In this document: in pieces, positions 29,301 to 39,056 of the stretch
Position numbering within the stretch: position 1 is the first letter of the stretch
How the letters are laid out: each line of letters opens with the position of its first letter
DNA from: Candidatus Hydrogenedentota bacterium
Lineage (GTDB): Bacteria; Hydrogenedentota; Hydrogenedentia; Hydrogenedentales; JAEUWI01
Assembly: GCA_034669905.1 (NCBI GenBank)
Contig: JAXMOL010000037.1
Span: forward strand, 1-64,000
DNA: 64,000 nt
Reading direction: 5' to 3'
The notes under the pieces: generated by a model
The model's database searches: none
What the model saw: the letters and a program-made list of their open reading frames with translations, nothing else
What the model was told of the DNA's origin: nothing
Made by a program: the position numbers and the translations under genes

Positions 29301-30062
29301 ATGACGAAACGTCCCATTGGTGCTGTAACGTTTGACCTGTGGGATTGTCTCTTTTGCGACGATACCGATGAGCCCAAACGGGCGGCGGCGGGTCTATCCC
29401 CGAAGCCCATTGCGCGGCGGGAACTGGTCCATCAGTACCTTCAAAAGGCGGCCCCCATTGCGCGGGAAGAGGTGGATCTGGCCTATGATGTGGCCGATGC
29501 GGCTTATCGCAAGGTGTGGCATGATCTGCACGTCACCATGAGCGTGGCGGAGCGCCTCGAAATCCTGTTGAACGGTCTCGGCCGGGAATTGCCCGCCGCT
29601 GAATTTGCGGAACTGGTGCGCCTCCATGAAGATATGGAGTTGGTGCACAGCCCGGACCCGGCTCCCGGTGCGCTGGAAGCCCTGCAGGCCCTTCATGGGA
29701 AATACCCGCTGGCCATTATTTCTGATACCATCTTCAGCCCCGGCACCAATCTTCGGAAGCTCCTGGACGGCGCGGGGATGTTGTCCTACTTTGACCACTT
29801 TGTGTTTTCCGATGAGCTCGGCAATTCCAAGCCCCATCCCCGGGTTTTTGAGTCCGTGGCCGACGCTTTTTCCATTGATGTAAAAGACATCGTCCACATC
29901 GGTGACCGCCCCCACAACGACATTGGCGGCCCCCATGCCGTGGGCGCCCGGGGCGTCTTGCTGACGGTGGTGAAAGACCGTCCGCTCGAAGGCCATGTGC
30001 CCGATGCCGTGTGTAGCAACTACGATGACTTGCCAGAGATTCTTGCGGGCATGACCCCGTAA
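29301..30062 (+). CDS. HAD-family hydrolase
   Basis: FDLWD, KPHP, HIGD...D. Confidence 0.88.
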   Translation: MTKRPIGAVTFDLWDCLFCDDTDEPKRAAAGLSPKPIARRELVHQYLQKAAPIAREEVDLAYDVADAAYRKVWHDLHVTMSVAERLEILLNGLGRELPAAEFAELVRLHEDMELVHSPDPAPGALEALQALHGKYPLAIISDTIFSPGTNLRKLLDGAGMLSYFDHFVFSDELGNSKPHPRVFESVADAFSIDVKDIVHIGDRPHNDIGGPHAVGARGVLLTVVKDRPLEGHVPDAVCSNYDDLPEILAGMTP

Positions 30063-30162
30063 CCCCAGCTATTGTCGGGACAGGCGTGTTACGCATCGGC
30101 CCGTGCCCCCTGGGGCGCAGCCCCCTTTTTTACGACCTTCATTTCAGTAACAGGAGTACGGA

Positions 30163-31008
30163 ATGTCCACCAAGAAGCGTTTTTTGATTCCCGACGGGTA
30201 CAACGCCGAGAGCCGGGCAAAGTTTGCCGAAGTGCGGATGCGTCTGGCGTGGGAGTTGTACCGCGATCTGCTCTCGAAACATATGCCCGAGGCCGACTAT
30301 GAAGTGTGGCTCAGCAGCGACGACGATACCTATGATGAGTACCCGCTGGATGCCCTGAAAGAGTTCGATGGTATCTTGTGGCCCGGCTGCAACATGACCA
30401 TTTACCACGATAAGCCGGAGGTTCAACGCCACATCGATCTCTGCGATAAAGGCTTTGAGTTGGGCCTGCCCCAGTTTGGCAGTTGCTGGGCCATCCAGGT
30501 GGCGGCCGTGGTGGCCGGTGGGGAATGTGGTCCCTGTGAACTCGGCCGTGAAATGGGCGTGGGACAGAAGATCCTGCTGAATGAAGCCGGTAAGGCCCAC
30601 CCCATGTTTGCCGGAAAGCCCCCGGTATACTCCCACTTCATGAGCCACGATGATGAAGTGAAGCGCCTGCCCGAGGGGGCGACCCTCCTGGCGAGTAATG
30701 GCTGGAGTGACGTTCAGGCCGCGTCCTTTACCTATAAGAACGGCGAGATGTGGGCGGTCCAATACCACCCCGAATATGACCTCCAGGAAGTGGCCCGTCT
30801 CATTGAGGCCCGGGAAGAAAAACTCACCCGCCTGAATTTTTTTGGACCCGGCGCGGGCATGGCCGACTATGTGGCCCGTCTCGACCAATTGGTGGCTGAG
30901 CCCAATCGCAAGGACCTCCGCTGGCAGCTCGGTATCGACGACGATATCATGGACGATGGTGTCCGCGAGTTGGAATTCGAGAATTGGTTGAAGCATTATT
31001 TCGGTTGA
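30163..31008 (+). CDS. Class I glutamine amidotransferase
   Basis: FGSCWAIQ nucleophile; QYHPEY. Confidence 0.88.
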   Translation: MSTKKRFLIPDGYNAESRAKFAEVRMRLAWELYRDLLSKHMPEADYEVWLSSDDDTYDEYPLDALKEFDGILWPGCNMTIYHDKPEVQRHIDLCDKGFELGLPQFGSCWAIQVAAVVAGGECGPCELGREMGVGQKILLNEAGKAHPMFAGKPPVYSHFMSHDDEVKRLPEGATLLASNGWSDVQAASFTYKNGEMWAVQYHPEYDLQEVARLIEAREEKLTRLNFFGPGAGMADYVARLDQLVAEPNRKDLRWQLGIDDDIMDDGVRELEFENWLKHYFG

Positions 31009-31090
31009 GCCACCGCCAGAATTTTTTTTATTGACCACAAACGGACGAAATCCGGGAAGACGGCACCACGCCCTTTAGAAGGAACATCCC

Positions 31091-32218
31091 ATGCAAGCCG
31101 CATCGTATAACTACCCCACCCGTATGATTTTTGGCCCGGGCTCCCGCACGCAGCTCGGAGCCCTGCTGAAGGCCGAAGGCAAGCGTCGCCCCCTTATCGT
31201 GACCGACCGAGGTATCGCAGGCCTGCCTTTCGTGGCCGAGATGGTGGATACGCTGAAGTCCGAAGGGCTCGAGGCCGCTGTATACAGCGAGATCCAGGGG
31301 AATCCGGATAAGCCCCAGGTGACCCAGGGGGTGGATGCCTTCCGGGCGCATCAGGGCGATTCGTTCATCATTCTTGGTGGTGGCGCCGCATTGGATGTGG
31401 GCAAGGTCATCGCCCTCATGATCAATCACCCGGGCGATGTCTTCGACTATGAAGATGGCAACCCCGACGTGCCCCCGGTCGACAAAGAGATTCCCTTTAA
31501 TATCTGTGTGCCCACCACGGCCGGCACGGGCAGTGAAGTGGGACGCAGCAGCGTGATTTCCGATGAGCAGCACGTGAAGCGGATTATTTTCGATGCCCGC
31601 ATGATGCCGCCCCTCGTTGTGGCTGACCCCGAGCTTACCGTGGGCCTGCCGGCTGGGGTAACGGCGGCCACGGGTGTCGACGCGTTGTCCCACAGTGTGG
31701 AAGCCTTCCTGGCCAAGGGCTATCACCCCATGGCCGACGGTATCGCCCTGGAAGGCATCCGCCTGGTAAAAGAGAACCTGGCCACGGCCGTCAAAGAACC
31801 CACCAACATCGTGGCGCGGGGCAATATGCTCATGGCCTCGTCGATGGGGGCTACGGCCTTCCAGAAAGGGCTGGGGGTAACCCATTCCTGTGCCCACGCC
31901 CTGTCGGCCGTCTGTGATCTACACCACGGCACGGCCATCGCCCTCATGCTCCCGGCCTGCATGCGGTTCAACGCTGTGGCCCTGCCCGAGCGCATGGTGC
32001 GCCTCCAGGGGGCAGTGGATACTACCCTCGCCTTTGATGCCTGGCTGGAGCAGTTCAACGCCGAGTTGGGCCTGCCTTCCGGCCTCGCCGCCGTGGGTGT
32101 GAAGGAAGAGCACCTTGCGTCTCTCGTGGAAATTGCCGTCAAGGATGTATGCCACAGCTGTAACGAGCGGGCCGTTTCTGCCGCAGATTTTGAAGCCCTC
32201 TTCCGGGAGGCCCTGTAG
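31091..32218 (+). CDS. Iron-containing alcohol dehydrogenase
   Basis: GGGAALD, PTTAGTGSE, DALSH..E, H..AH, HG. Confidence 0.93.
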   Translation: MQAASYNYPTRMIFGPGSRTQLGALLKAEGKRRPLIVTDRGIAGLPFVAEMVDTLKSEGLEAAVYSEIQGNPDKPQVTQGVDAFRAHQGDSFIILGGGAALDVGKVIALMINHPGDVFDYEDGNPDVPPVDKEIPFNICVPTTAGTGSEVGRSSVISDEQHVKRIIFDARMMPPLVVADPELTVGLPAGVTAATGVDALSHSVEAFLAKGYHPMADGIALEGIRLVKENLATAVKEPTNIVARGNMLMASSMGATAFQKGLGVTHSCAHALSAVCDLHHGTAIALMLPACMRFNAVALPERMVRLQGAVDTTLAFDAWLEQFNAELGLPSGLAAVGVKEEHLASLVEIAVKDVCHSCNERAVSAADFEALFREAL

Positions 32219-32277
32219 CGGGGGAGGAAGTAGATCGGGGTTGCCCGCACCCATCGGACCGTTTCAAGAATGATGGC

Positions 32278-32488
32278 GGGTGTCACCCTCAACCGGAGGA
32301 GCGCAGCGGGGGAAGGTTGTGGGTGCGTTGGATTCAGGAACACCACGTCAGAAAAGGTGATGCGTGTTGGTTTTTGTGCCGTGGTTGCGGGGAGGCTCCT
32401 GCCTCGGCGAAGTCCCATCACCCACAAGCGGTGCGGCGAGGCCGCACCGCTTGAGGGTCCACGACGCGCCGCAGGTGGGTGGCACCCC
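32278..32488. repeat. GGTGCCACCCTCAAGC...CTTGTGGGTG repeat family, inverted pair
   Basis: Similar copies at 13686-13731, 59703-59750 and 63839-63882. Confidence 0.75.
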
Positions 32489-32699
32489 TGGTTCCTCATC
32501 TATGGCCGGAGCGTCCCTTAGAAATCACTTTTCGATACCTGGCTCGGGGAGCTTACCTGAATCCGGTGAGTGGTGGGCCGTCCAGCGCTCCCCTCATGCC
32601 CGTCGGTCGGTTGCATCGATGGGGGAGAGGCAGTACACTTGGGAGTTCCCGGGTGCGTGCGTGATAGTGCGCCCGTGTAATCCATGAGGAAGGGATAGG

Positions 32700-34070
32700 A
32701 TGAACGCAATTATCGCCCGAAATGTACCCTCGGCGCTTCTGATCCTGACGGCGCCCCTGCTTCTCATTGGCTGTGAGACGATGCAGCAGCAGAGCGCCAC
32801 GGAGAACTACGACGAAGTCCGCAATCAGACCGAGAAAACCTCCTTCAACGTCATCTTCAATTATGATGACTCCCTGGTGGTGGACGACAGCTACGTGGCC
32901 ACCCAGTATTACGAAGGCACGGCGAAAGTCGGTCGGGTAGAAGTTACTTTTCAGGCGGGCTTAAAGGAGCAGGCGGGCGAATTCGCCATGGAAATGGAGC
33001 AGCACATCGCCCATGTGGAGCGCCATTTCGGGCGTGCGCTGGAGACGCCGGTGCGGGCCTATTTGCTGCGGCGGGATACGATGCCCGGTACGGTAACCGG
33101 TGGATTTGCACCCACCAACTCGGCGTTTCAGTTTCCCCTTTTTACTGTCGAGGGCGACGAAGACTTTGAAACGATTCGCTCGGGCAACCCCTTTTACCCC
33201 TACATGTTCATCCACGAGCTCACCAAGCTGAGCCTGGTGGACCCGGCGCGGCCCCCCTTGATCCTGGCGGACCAGAAGACCAGCCCCTTGACGAAGACCA
33301 ATTACCTTACCCGATGGTTCCGTGAGGGCCTGGCCAACTATGCCGAATTCCTGGTCTACGAGAAGCTCCGGGAGCGTGTGGTGGAGGGGGACGATAGGAC
33401 GGCGCTTTCCAGCTTTGAGAGCAACCACGTTTTTCAGCAGCCCATGAGTGCCCTGGCGACGGTAGGACCCGAGCTCTTTAACTGGAGTCAGTTTGACGAT
33501 CCCAGTCATGATCGGGATTATCTGAATGCGGCCATGGGGCTCTTCATCCTGCTTGAGCATCGCTTTGGTGAGGGGGCGATCCGGAAGGTTATGGATACGC
33601 TTGAACAACAGTACTACGTGGATGGACAGGTCATTATCAATGCCATCAACTCCACGCTGAACACCGACGTCCAGCAATTGGTCCAGGGCTTTGATCTCAT
33701 GACGGCCGGAACCCAGGCCAGCCCGCTGACCCCGGCTACGGCCCGGAATTTTGGCCTGGCGGTGGAGCAGGGCCTCTATGTGAATGCCCTGACAGAGACG
33801 GGGGCGGCCCGTGCGGCGGGCGTACAGCGGGGGGATGTGATCATCGGGGTAAACCGCCGGGATGTGACGAACAACCTGGACTATGAGATGGCGCTCCTGG
33901 ATGCGCAGGAGCACGGGAACCTGTATTTCACGGTAGACCGGCTGGGCGAACGCCATACGCTGGGGGTGAAGGTGAACATTCCGACCATCACAGCCACCGG
34001 GGCCCTGGGGGGTGTGGGCGGTGGCGGGGTGATATCGGGTGACGTCATGGGCTTCAGTGCTACGGAGTGA
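32700..34070 (+). CDS. Lipoprotein with a degenerate gluzincin-like domain (HELTK) and a C-terminal PDZ domain
   Basis: Lipobox LIGC; FIHELTK...WFREGLANY; PDZ GLYV.....GAA..AGVQRGDVIIGVN. Confidence 0.8.
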   Translation: MNAIIARNVPSALLILTAPLLLIGCETMQQQSATENYDEVRNQTEKTSFNVIFNYDDSLVVDDSYVATQYYEGTAKVGRVEVTFQAGLKEQAGEFAMEMEQHIAHVERHFGRALETPVRAYLLRRDTMPGTVTGGFAPTNSAFQFPLFTVEGDEDFETIRSGNPFYPYMFIHELTKLSLVDPARPPLILADQKTSPLTKTNYLTRWFREGLANYAEFLVYEKLRERVVEGDDRTALSSFESNHVFQQPMSALATVGPELFNWSQFDDPSHDRDYLNAAMGLFILLEHRFGEGAIRKVMDTLEQQYYVDGQVIINAINSTLNTDVQQLVQGFDLMTAGTQASPLTPATARNFGLAVEQGLYVNALTETGAARAAGVQRGDVIIGVNRRDVTNNLDYEMALLDAQEHGNLYFTVDRLGERHTLGVKVNIPTITATGALGGVGGGGVISGDVMGFSATE

Positions 34071-34104
34071 CCGGGCGCAAAGTAAGAATACTGATGGGAA
34101 AAAC

Positions 34105-34133
34105 TTGCGACATCCTGTCTAAAAATGTAACAT
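34105..34133 (+). promoter_or_regulatory. Putative sigma70 promoter of the small peptide gene
   Basis: TTGCGA-17 bp-TAACAT with an AT-rich stretch upstream. Confidence 0.6.
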
Positions 34134-34232
34134 TGTCCCCATTAGAATGTATTGTATTCACGCACGGCCTTGCGTTCAGGTGCTGTGTGCTTTCAGAAAT
34201 AAACAACACGTAAACGAGCTAAGGAGAATACC

Positions 34233-34325
34233 ATGTTCATCTTCGATTTTATCGGCGACGTCTTCGGATGGATCTTTGACTTCGTAGAAGGAGTCTTCAA
34301 CTTCCTTTTCGGCTGGATTTTCTAG
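34233..34325 (+). CDS. Unannotated 30-aa Phe-rich amphipathic peptide
   Basis: TAAGGAG RBS; MFIFDFIGDVFGWIFDFVEGVFNFLFGWIF*; flanked by a putative promoter and a hairpin. Confidence 0.8.
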   Translation: MFIFDFIGDVFGWIFDFVEGVFNFLFGWIF

Positions 34326-34356
34326 TCTGGGATTTTGACGCAATTTGAGTTATGCT

Positions 34357-34396
34357 GACAGGCGCTCTGGTCTCTTACCAGGGCGTCTGTTCTAGT
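34357..34396 (+). terminator. Hairpin / probable terminator after the peptide gene
   Basis: gacaggcgctctggt...accagggcgtctgtt stem with a weak U-tract. Confidence 0.6.
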
Positions 34397-34417
34397 TTGT
34401 GGAGGACACTCGGCCGA

Positions 34418-35662
34418 ATGTTACAGGGTTTGCCACACTTCCAATTTCAATGTTTCTCCTGTGGCGCGCTGCACACCGAAGTGTCGGTGCCGACGTGCCC
34501 CGATTGTGGCGCCCCCCTGAGCCTGGCGCTCTCGTCTTATCCGGAGGCGTCCGTCCTCACGACCCGACCCCACTCGATGTGGGACTACCAGGCCCTGCTT
34601 CCCGTACCTTCCGACGCGGATATCGTGAGTCTGGGGGAGGGGGCAACGCCCCTTGTTTCGGCGCCTGCCCTGGCCGCGAAGCACCTGCTGGGTGCGGTGG
34701 ACCTCAAGAACGAGATGGGGAATCCCACGGGCTCGTTTAAGGATCGGCAGGTGGCGGTGGGTATTAATTGGGCCCGCTCGCAGGGCCATGATACCGTGGC
34801 CGTCGTGTCCTCGGGCAATGTGGCCGCCTCTGCCGCGGCCTATGCGGCCCGCGCCGGGATGAAGGCCATCCTCTTTATGCACGGACAGGCCGACCCCGCC
34901 AAAATCGCCCAGGCACAAACCTATGGGGCCACCGTGATCGCGGTGGACAACCCCTCGCCCCGCGCGGTCTTCGCGCTGTGCATGGCCGCCTGCGAAGCCC
35001 ACGGATGGTACCACCTTTCCACGGCGGGCATTTACGCGCCCTGGAATGTGGAAGGGGCCAAGACGATTGCCTACGAGCTGTTCCAGCACTATGGGGCGAC
35101 GTTGCCCCATTGGCTGGTCGCCCCGGTGGGCGGCGGTGGCCTGCTGGGGGGGATCTGGCGGGGCTTCCTGGAACTCAAGGCCATGGGCCTCATTAAAGAT
35201 ATACCCCGACTGGCGGGTGTCCAGGCGGAAGGGTGCGCTCCCCTGAAAGAGGCCATCGACAACGACTGGTTGTTGGAAGAACACCTGGCCAATCCGTGGC
35301 CCCATCCCGACACCATTGCGGGGGCCATTGCGGACGACATCCTTTTCGATGGTCACACGGTGTTGCCCGCGATTCGTCAGACCTGGGGCACAGCCATCAC
35401 GGTGACCGACGAAGAACTGATCGCGGCCCAGCGTCGGCTCGCGAAAAACTCGGGCCTGCTTTGTGAAATCGCCACGGCAGCGGCCATCGCGGCCCTTTCC
35501 AAGCTACCCGTAGTAGACAGGGACACGCGGGTTTGTTGTATAGTGTCGGGCAGCGGCCTGAAAGATTTGGGTCGTCTGGCGGAAGGGGCGAAGCCAGTTC
35601 CCCGAATATCCGCTGATATGGATGCGTTGCAGGCACTGCTGCGCAAACAAGACGCCGAATAA
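34418..35662 (+). CDS. Threonine synthase-like PLP enzyme (fold type II) with N-terminal Zn ribbon
   Basis: CxxC...CxxC; SLGEGATPL; NPTGSFKDR; SSGN; PVGGGG. Confidence 0.88.
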   Translation: MLQGLPHFQFQCFSCGALHTEVSVPTCPDCGAPLSLALSSYPEASVLTTRPHSMWDYQALLPVPSDADIVSLGEGATPLVSAPALAAKHLLGAVDLKNEMGNPTGSFKDRQVAVGINWARSQGHDTVAVVSSGNVAASAAAYAARAGMKAILFMHGQADPAKIAQAQTYGATVIAVDNPSPRAVFALCMAACEAHGWYHLSTAGIYAPWNVEGAKTIAYELFQHYGATLPHWLVAPVGGGGLLGGIWRGFLELKAMGLIKDIPRLAGVQAEGCAPLKEAIDNDWLLEEHLANPWPHPDTIAGAIADDILFDGHTVLPAIRQTWGTAITVTDEELIAAQRRLAKNSGLLCEIATAAAIAALSKLPVVDRDTRVCCIVSGSGLKDLGRLAEGAKPVPRISADMDALQALLRKQDAE

Positions 35663-35689
35663 CGCCGACTTCACCTGGGAGACCTCCCG

Positions 35690-36679
35690 ATGAAACACCT
35701 TGTATGGATACTGGCCCTTTTTGTGATGGGCTGTTCTTCTTCCGATGTCGTGGTGGTATACAGTCCCCACGGTGCCGAGATGCTGGGGGACTACGAAACC
35801 CTGTTTGAGACCGCCTATCCCGAGGTGGATGTCCAGCTCTTGGACATGGGTTCAAAAGAAGTCTACAGCCGCATTCGCGCAGAGAAGAATCGTCCCCAAT
35901 GTGACGTGTGGTGGGGAGCGCCTTCAACCATGTTTATGCAGGCCGCGGAAGAAGGCTTACTGGCTTCCTATGAACCCGCCTGGTGCTCCGCGGTAGACGA
36001 TCAATTCAAGGATGCCGAGGGGCTCTGGCATGCCACCTACCGCTCTCCCCTGGCCATTTTGTTTAACAACCGTCAGTATACGGCGGAAGACATGCCCACC
36101 ACATGGGATGGAATGCTGGAAGCGCAGTGGCAGGGGAGAATCGCCCTGCGCAAACCCCTGGAATCGGGTACCATGCGGACCTTTATCGGTTCCATGATTA
36201 CCCGGGCCGAAAACGAAGATGCGGGTATCGCCTGGTTGAAGCAGTTTCATGGCGCGACGGGCGATTATCTCGCTACCCCAAACCTCCTCTTCGACCACAT
36301 CAAGAAGAATCCCGAGCACATCAGCGTCTGGCTCATGCCCGATATCGTGATGCAGGCCGTGCGGAATGGTTACCCCTTTGACTATCAGGTGCCGGAGAAT
36401 ACGCCGGTGCTGACCGATGGTATTGCGATTGTGGCCGGTGCCCCCCACCGGGAGTGGGCGGAAAAGTTCTATGACTTTGTCACCACCGAGGAGGCGTTGC
36501 TGCATCAGGCCGAAGCCTATGCCAAGCTGCCGGCCCGGGGCGATATCGATCCGGGGAAGCTACCACCCAAGCTGGTGACCCAGCGCATTGTGCCCATGCC
36601 TATCAACTGGACGGATTTCGCCGCCAACGAAAAGGCCTGGTGTGACCGCTGGAAAACGGAAGTGTTTGACGCCCCATGA
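35690..36679 (+). CDS. ABC substrate-binding lipoprotein (Fe3+/polyamine/phosphonate-like class)
   Basis: Lipobox VMGC; VVYSPH; AEKNRPQCDVWWG. Confidence 0.85.
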   Translation: MKHLVWILALFVMGCSSSDVVVVYSPHGAEMLGDYETLFETAYPEVDVQLLDMGSKEVYSRIRAEKNRPQCDVWWGAPSTMFMQAAEEGLLASYEPAWCSAVDDQFKDAEGLWHATYRSPLAILFNNRQYTAEDMPTTWDGMLEAQWQGRIALRKPLESGTMRTFIGSMITRAENEDAGIAWLKQFHGATGDYLATPNLLFDHIKKNPEHISVWLMPDIVMQAVRNGYPFDYQVPENTPVLTDGIAIVAGAPHREWAEKFYDFVTTEEALLHQAEAYAKLPARGDIDPGKLPPKLVTQRIVPMPINWTDFAANEKAWCDRWKTEVFDAP

Positions 36680-37407
36680 GCAGTGTACGCCTCGAAAATA
36701 TACGCCGTGTCTTTGCCGAAGGGGGGGGCATCCGTGATTTCACCTGCGACATTGCTCAGGGGGAATGCTTTGCCCTGTTGGGCCCGTCGGGCTGTGGCAA
36801 GACGACCACCCTCCGGAGTATCGCCGGACTGGAGACCCTGGATGGGGGCGCGATTTATTTCGGTGACCGGGATGTGACCCACGAGCCACCCGAAACGCGG
36901 AAGGCCGCCATGGTCTTTCAGAGCTACGCCCTCTTTCCCCATATGAACGTTTTCGAAAACGTGGCCTTCGGGCTCCGTGCCCAGAAAATGGATAAGGCCC
37001 TCATAGCGCCCCGGGTGGAAGAATCGCTCGCCCTGGTGCAGCTGGAAGGGTTGGGTAAACGGGCCGTGACGGAGCTCAGTGGGGGACAGCAACAGCGGGT
37101 GGCCCTGGCGCGCGCCCTGGCGGTGCAACCGGTGATTCTGCTGCTGGACGAGCCCCTGAGTAACCTGGATGCGGAACTGCGTTATGCCACCCGGGAGCAA
37201 CTGGGTGCCCTGCAGAAGAAGCTGGGGATTACGGCCATCTACGTGACCCACGACCAGGAAGAAGCCCTGGAATTGGCCGATCGCATCGCCGTGCTGAAAG
37301 ATGGTACCTGCCACCAGATTGGTACGCCCAAAGAAATCCTTGAATCGCCCGCCACCGAGTTCGTGGAGCAATTCATGCGCCGTCAACGTGCCCTCATGGG
37401 CGGCTGA
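36676..37407 (+). CDS. ABC transporter ATP-binding protein (PotA/FbpC-like, short)
   Basis: GPSGCGKTT, LSGGQQQR, LLLDEP, VTHD. Confidence 0.93.
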   Translation: MSSVRLENIRRVFAEGGGIRDFTCDIAQGECFALLGPSGCGKTTTLRSIAGLETLDGGAIYFGDRDVTHEPPETRKAAMVFQSYALFPHMNVFENVAFGLRAQKMDKALIAPRVEESLALVQLEGLGKRAVTELSGGQQQRVALARALAVQPVILLLDEPLSNLDAELRYATREQLGALQKKLGITAIYVTHDQEEALELADRIAVLKDGTCHQIGTPKEILESPATEFVEQFMRRQRALMGG

Positions 37408-37428
37408 ATTCACCGCGCCACTATCCTT

Positions 37429-37610
37429 GGAGCTTGGACACTCTTGTCCGAGACAGGGCCTACGTCAGACATGCGTGGCACGTGCCGCTTGTGAAATACT
37501 CCTTGAGCCCGCCGATGTTATGCCGGTATGGCGTTGGAGTTTCCCTGCTTCCAGTTATTGGGTGTAAAGGCCCGCGTGCGCTTTGCCTCGGACAGGAGTG
37601 TCCCAGCTCC
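37429..37610. repeat. REPIN-like inverted pair between convergent genes
   Basis: ggagcttggacactcttgtccgagacagggc (37429-37459) versus gctttgcctcggacaggagtgtcccagctcc (37580-37610). Confidence 0.8.
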
Positions 37611-37616
37611 TGGGGG

Positions 37617-38789
37617 TTATTCCGGCAGGTTATTGCGCAGGAAATCCCGCACGTTGCCGCCCATCATCTTCCCTATATCTTCTGCGTTGTAGCCCGTTGC
37701 GAGCAAGGCTTCGGTGATGAGGGGGAGTCCGGTCACGTCGAAGGGGGCGTGGATGGCCCCGTCAAAATCAGAGCCGAGCGCCACATGATTGGTGCCGACC
37801 CGGTCGGCCACATACTTCATGGCGGCCACCGTGGCGTCGGCGACGGTGCCACACACCGCGGTCTTCCACAGGCCAATGCCGATGAGGCCGCCTTTCGCCG
37901 CGATGGCATCGATGTGCGCGTCGCTCAGATTGCGGGGGTTGTCACAGGTGCCCCGGACGCCCGTATGGGAGACCACCACGGGCCGGGACGTGAGGGCCAG
38001 GATGTCGTCGATCATGGCGGGGGAGACGTGAGCGAGGTCGATGATGATTTCCCGGGCATCCAACTTCGCGATAATCTCCCGTCCGAATTCACTCAGGCCT
38101 TCACCCGATTCCCCATGGGCCGAGCCGCCCATTTCGTTGTCGAAGAAGTGGGTGGGGCCCATCATGCGGTAACCCGCCTCTATCAATACGTCGAGGTTGT
38201 TGGCATTTCCCTCCAGACAGTGGAGCCCTTCTATACCAAGAATGGCACCCAGCACGTGGGGATTCTCCGCACGCCGCGAGAGAAGTTCGTCCACATCGCC
38301 CCGTGTGCGGAGCAGCAACAAATCCGAATCCTCCTCTGTGAGTCGGTGCAGCCGTTCGGCCTGATAGAGGGCCCGCTCTTTGAGGGAGCCCCACGTCCGC
38401 ACGGGCCACCGTTGGGCCATGACGAGTTGGGTAATCTTGTCCCGTGCGTCGGAGGCGTTGGCGTGGATGTTTTGTCCCTCGGGGGACTTAGTGACAACGG
38501 TAAAGGCCTGGATGGCCACATTGCCTTCGCGGAGTCGGGGGATATCGACCTGGCCCCAGCGGCCCTTGCGGGAGAGATCCCGGGACCACAACAGGCTGTC
38601 GGCGTGGAGGTCGGCTATGACGAGGGACTGGTGGAGGGTAGTGGCTTCGGTGGAAACCGTGTAGGGAGGGGTAGTGCGAACACCGTTCATGTTTTTGCCC
38701 ACGCTGCCGGGAAGGATTCCGAAGACATAGACGGCGGCACCGGCCAGGGCAACGAGGCTGGCGACGAGGAATCGTTTGAACCATTTCAT
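37617..38789 (-). CDS. Membrane dipeptidase (peptidase M19)
   Basis: DLHAD, GQVD.PRL..G, EG, DLAH, SHTG, GSDFDG. Confidence 0.92.
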   Translation of the reverse strand: MKWFKRFLVASLVALAGAAVYVFGILPGSVGKNMNGVRTTPPYTVSTEATTLHQSLVIADLHADSLLWSRDLSRKGRWGQVDIPRLREGNVAIQAFTVVTKSPEGQNIHANASDARDKITQLVMAQRWPVRTWGSLKERALYQAERLHRLTEEDSDLLLLRTRGDVDELLSRRAENPHVLGAILGIEGLHCLEGNANNLDVLIEAGYRMMGPTHFFDNEMGGSAHGESGEGLSEFGREIIAKLDAREIIIDLAHVSPAMIDDILALTSRPVVVSHTGVRGTCDNPRNLSDAHIDAIAAKGGLIGIGLWKTAVCGTVADATVAAMKYVADRVGTNHVALGSDFDGAIHAPFDVTGLPLITEALLATGYNAEDIGKMMGGNVRDFLRNNLPE

Positions 38790-38907
38790 GGGCGGGGCTC
38801 CTTGGGGTTGTGTCATGTCTTCATAGCGTGCGGTAGTTGCAGAGTTCGACTATGGATCGGGGTATCGATTCCTGCCAGCGAAGTTTTAGCTGAAGTTTCG
38901 GACGATT

Positions 38908-38992
38908 CCCCTCCTGGGAGGGGTTAGGGGTGGGTTGCGTCGCCTATTGTGACTTGACCCACCCCCGGCCCCTCCAAGGAGGGGAGTTTTTT
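38908..38992. repeat. CCCCTCC..GGAGGGG palindromic repeat, copy 2
   Basis: Matches 8233-8315 and 48894-48978; flanks also resemble copy 3. Confidence 0.9.
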
Positions 38993-39056
38993 ACAATATC
39001 AATTGCGGTTTTCTCAAAAACTAAATGACCCAACGCTACATATAAATCCGCTACGG

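Noticed and set aside
34233..34417. Phe attenuator leader peptide for the downstream operon
   Set aside because: Downstream genes are not Phe-related, Phe residues follow helical periodicity rather than runs, and no antiterminator was seen. Disfavoured but not excluded.
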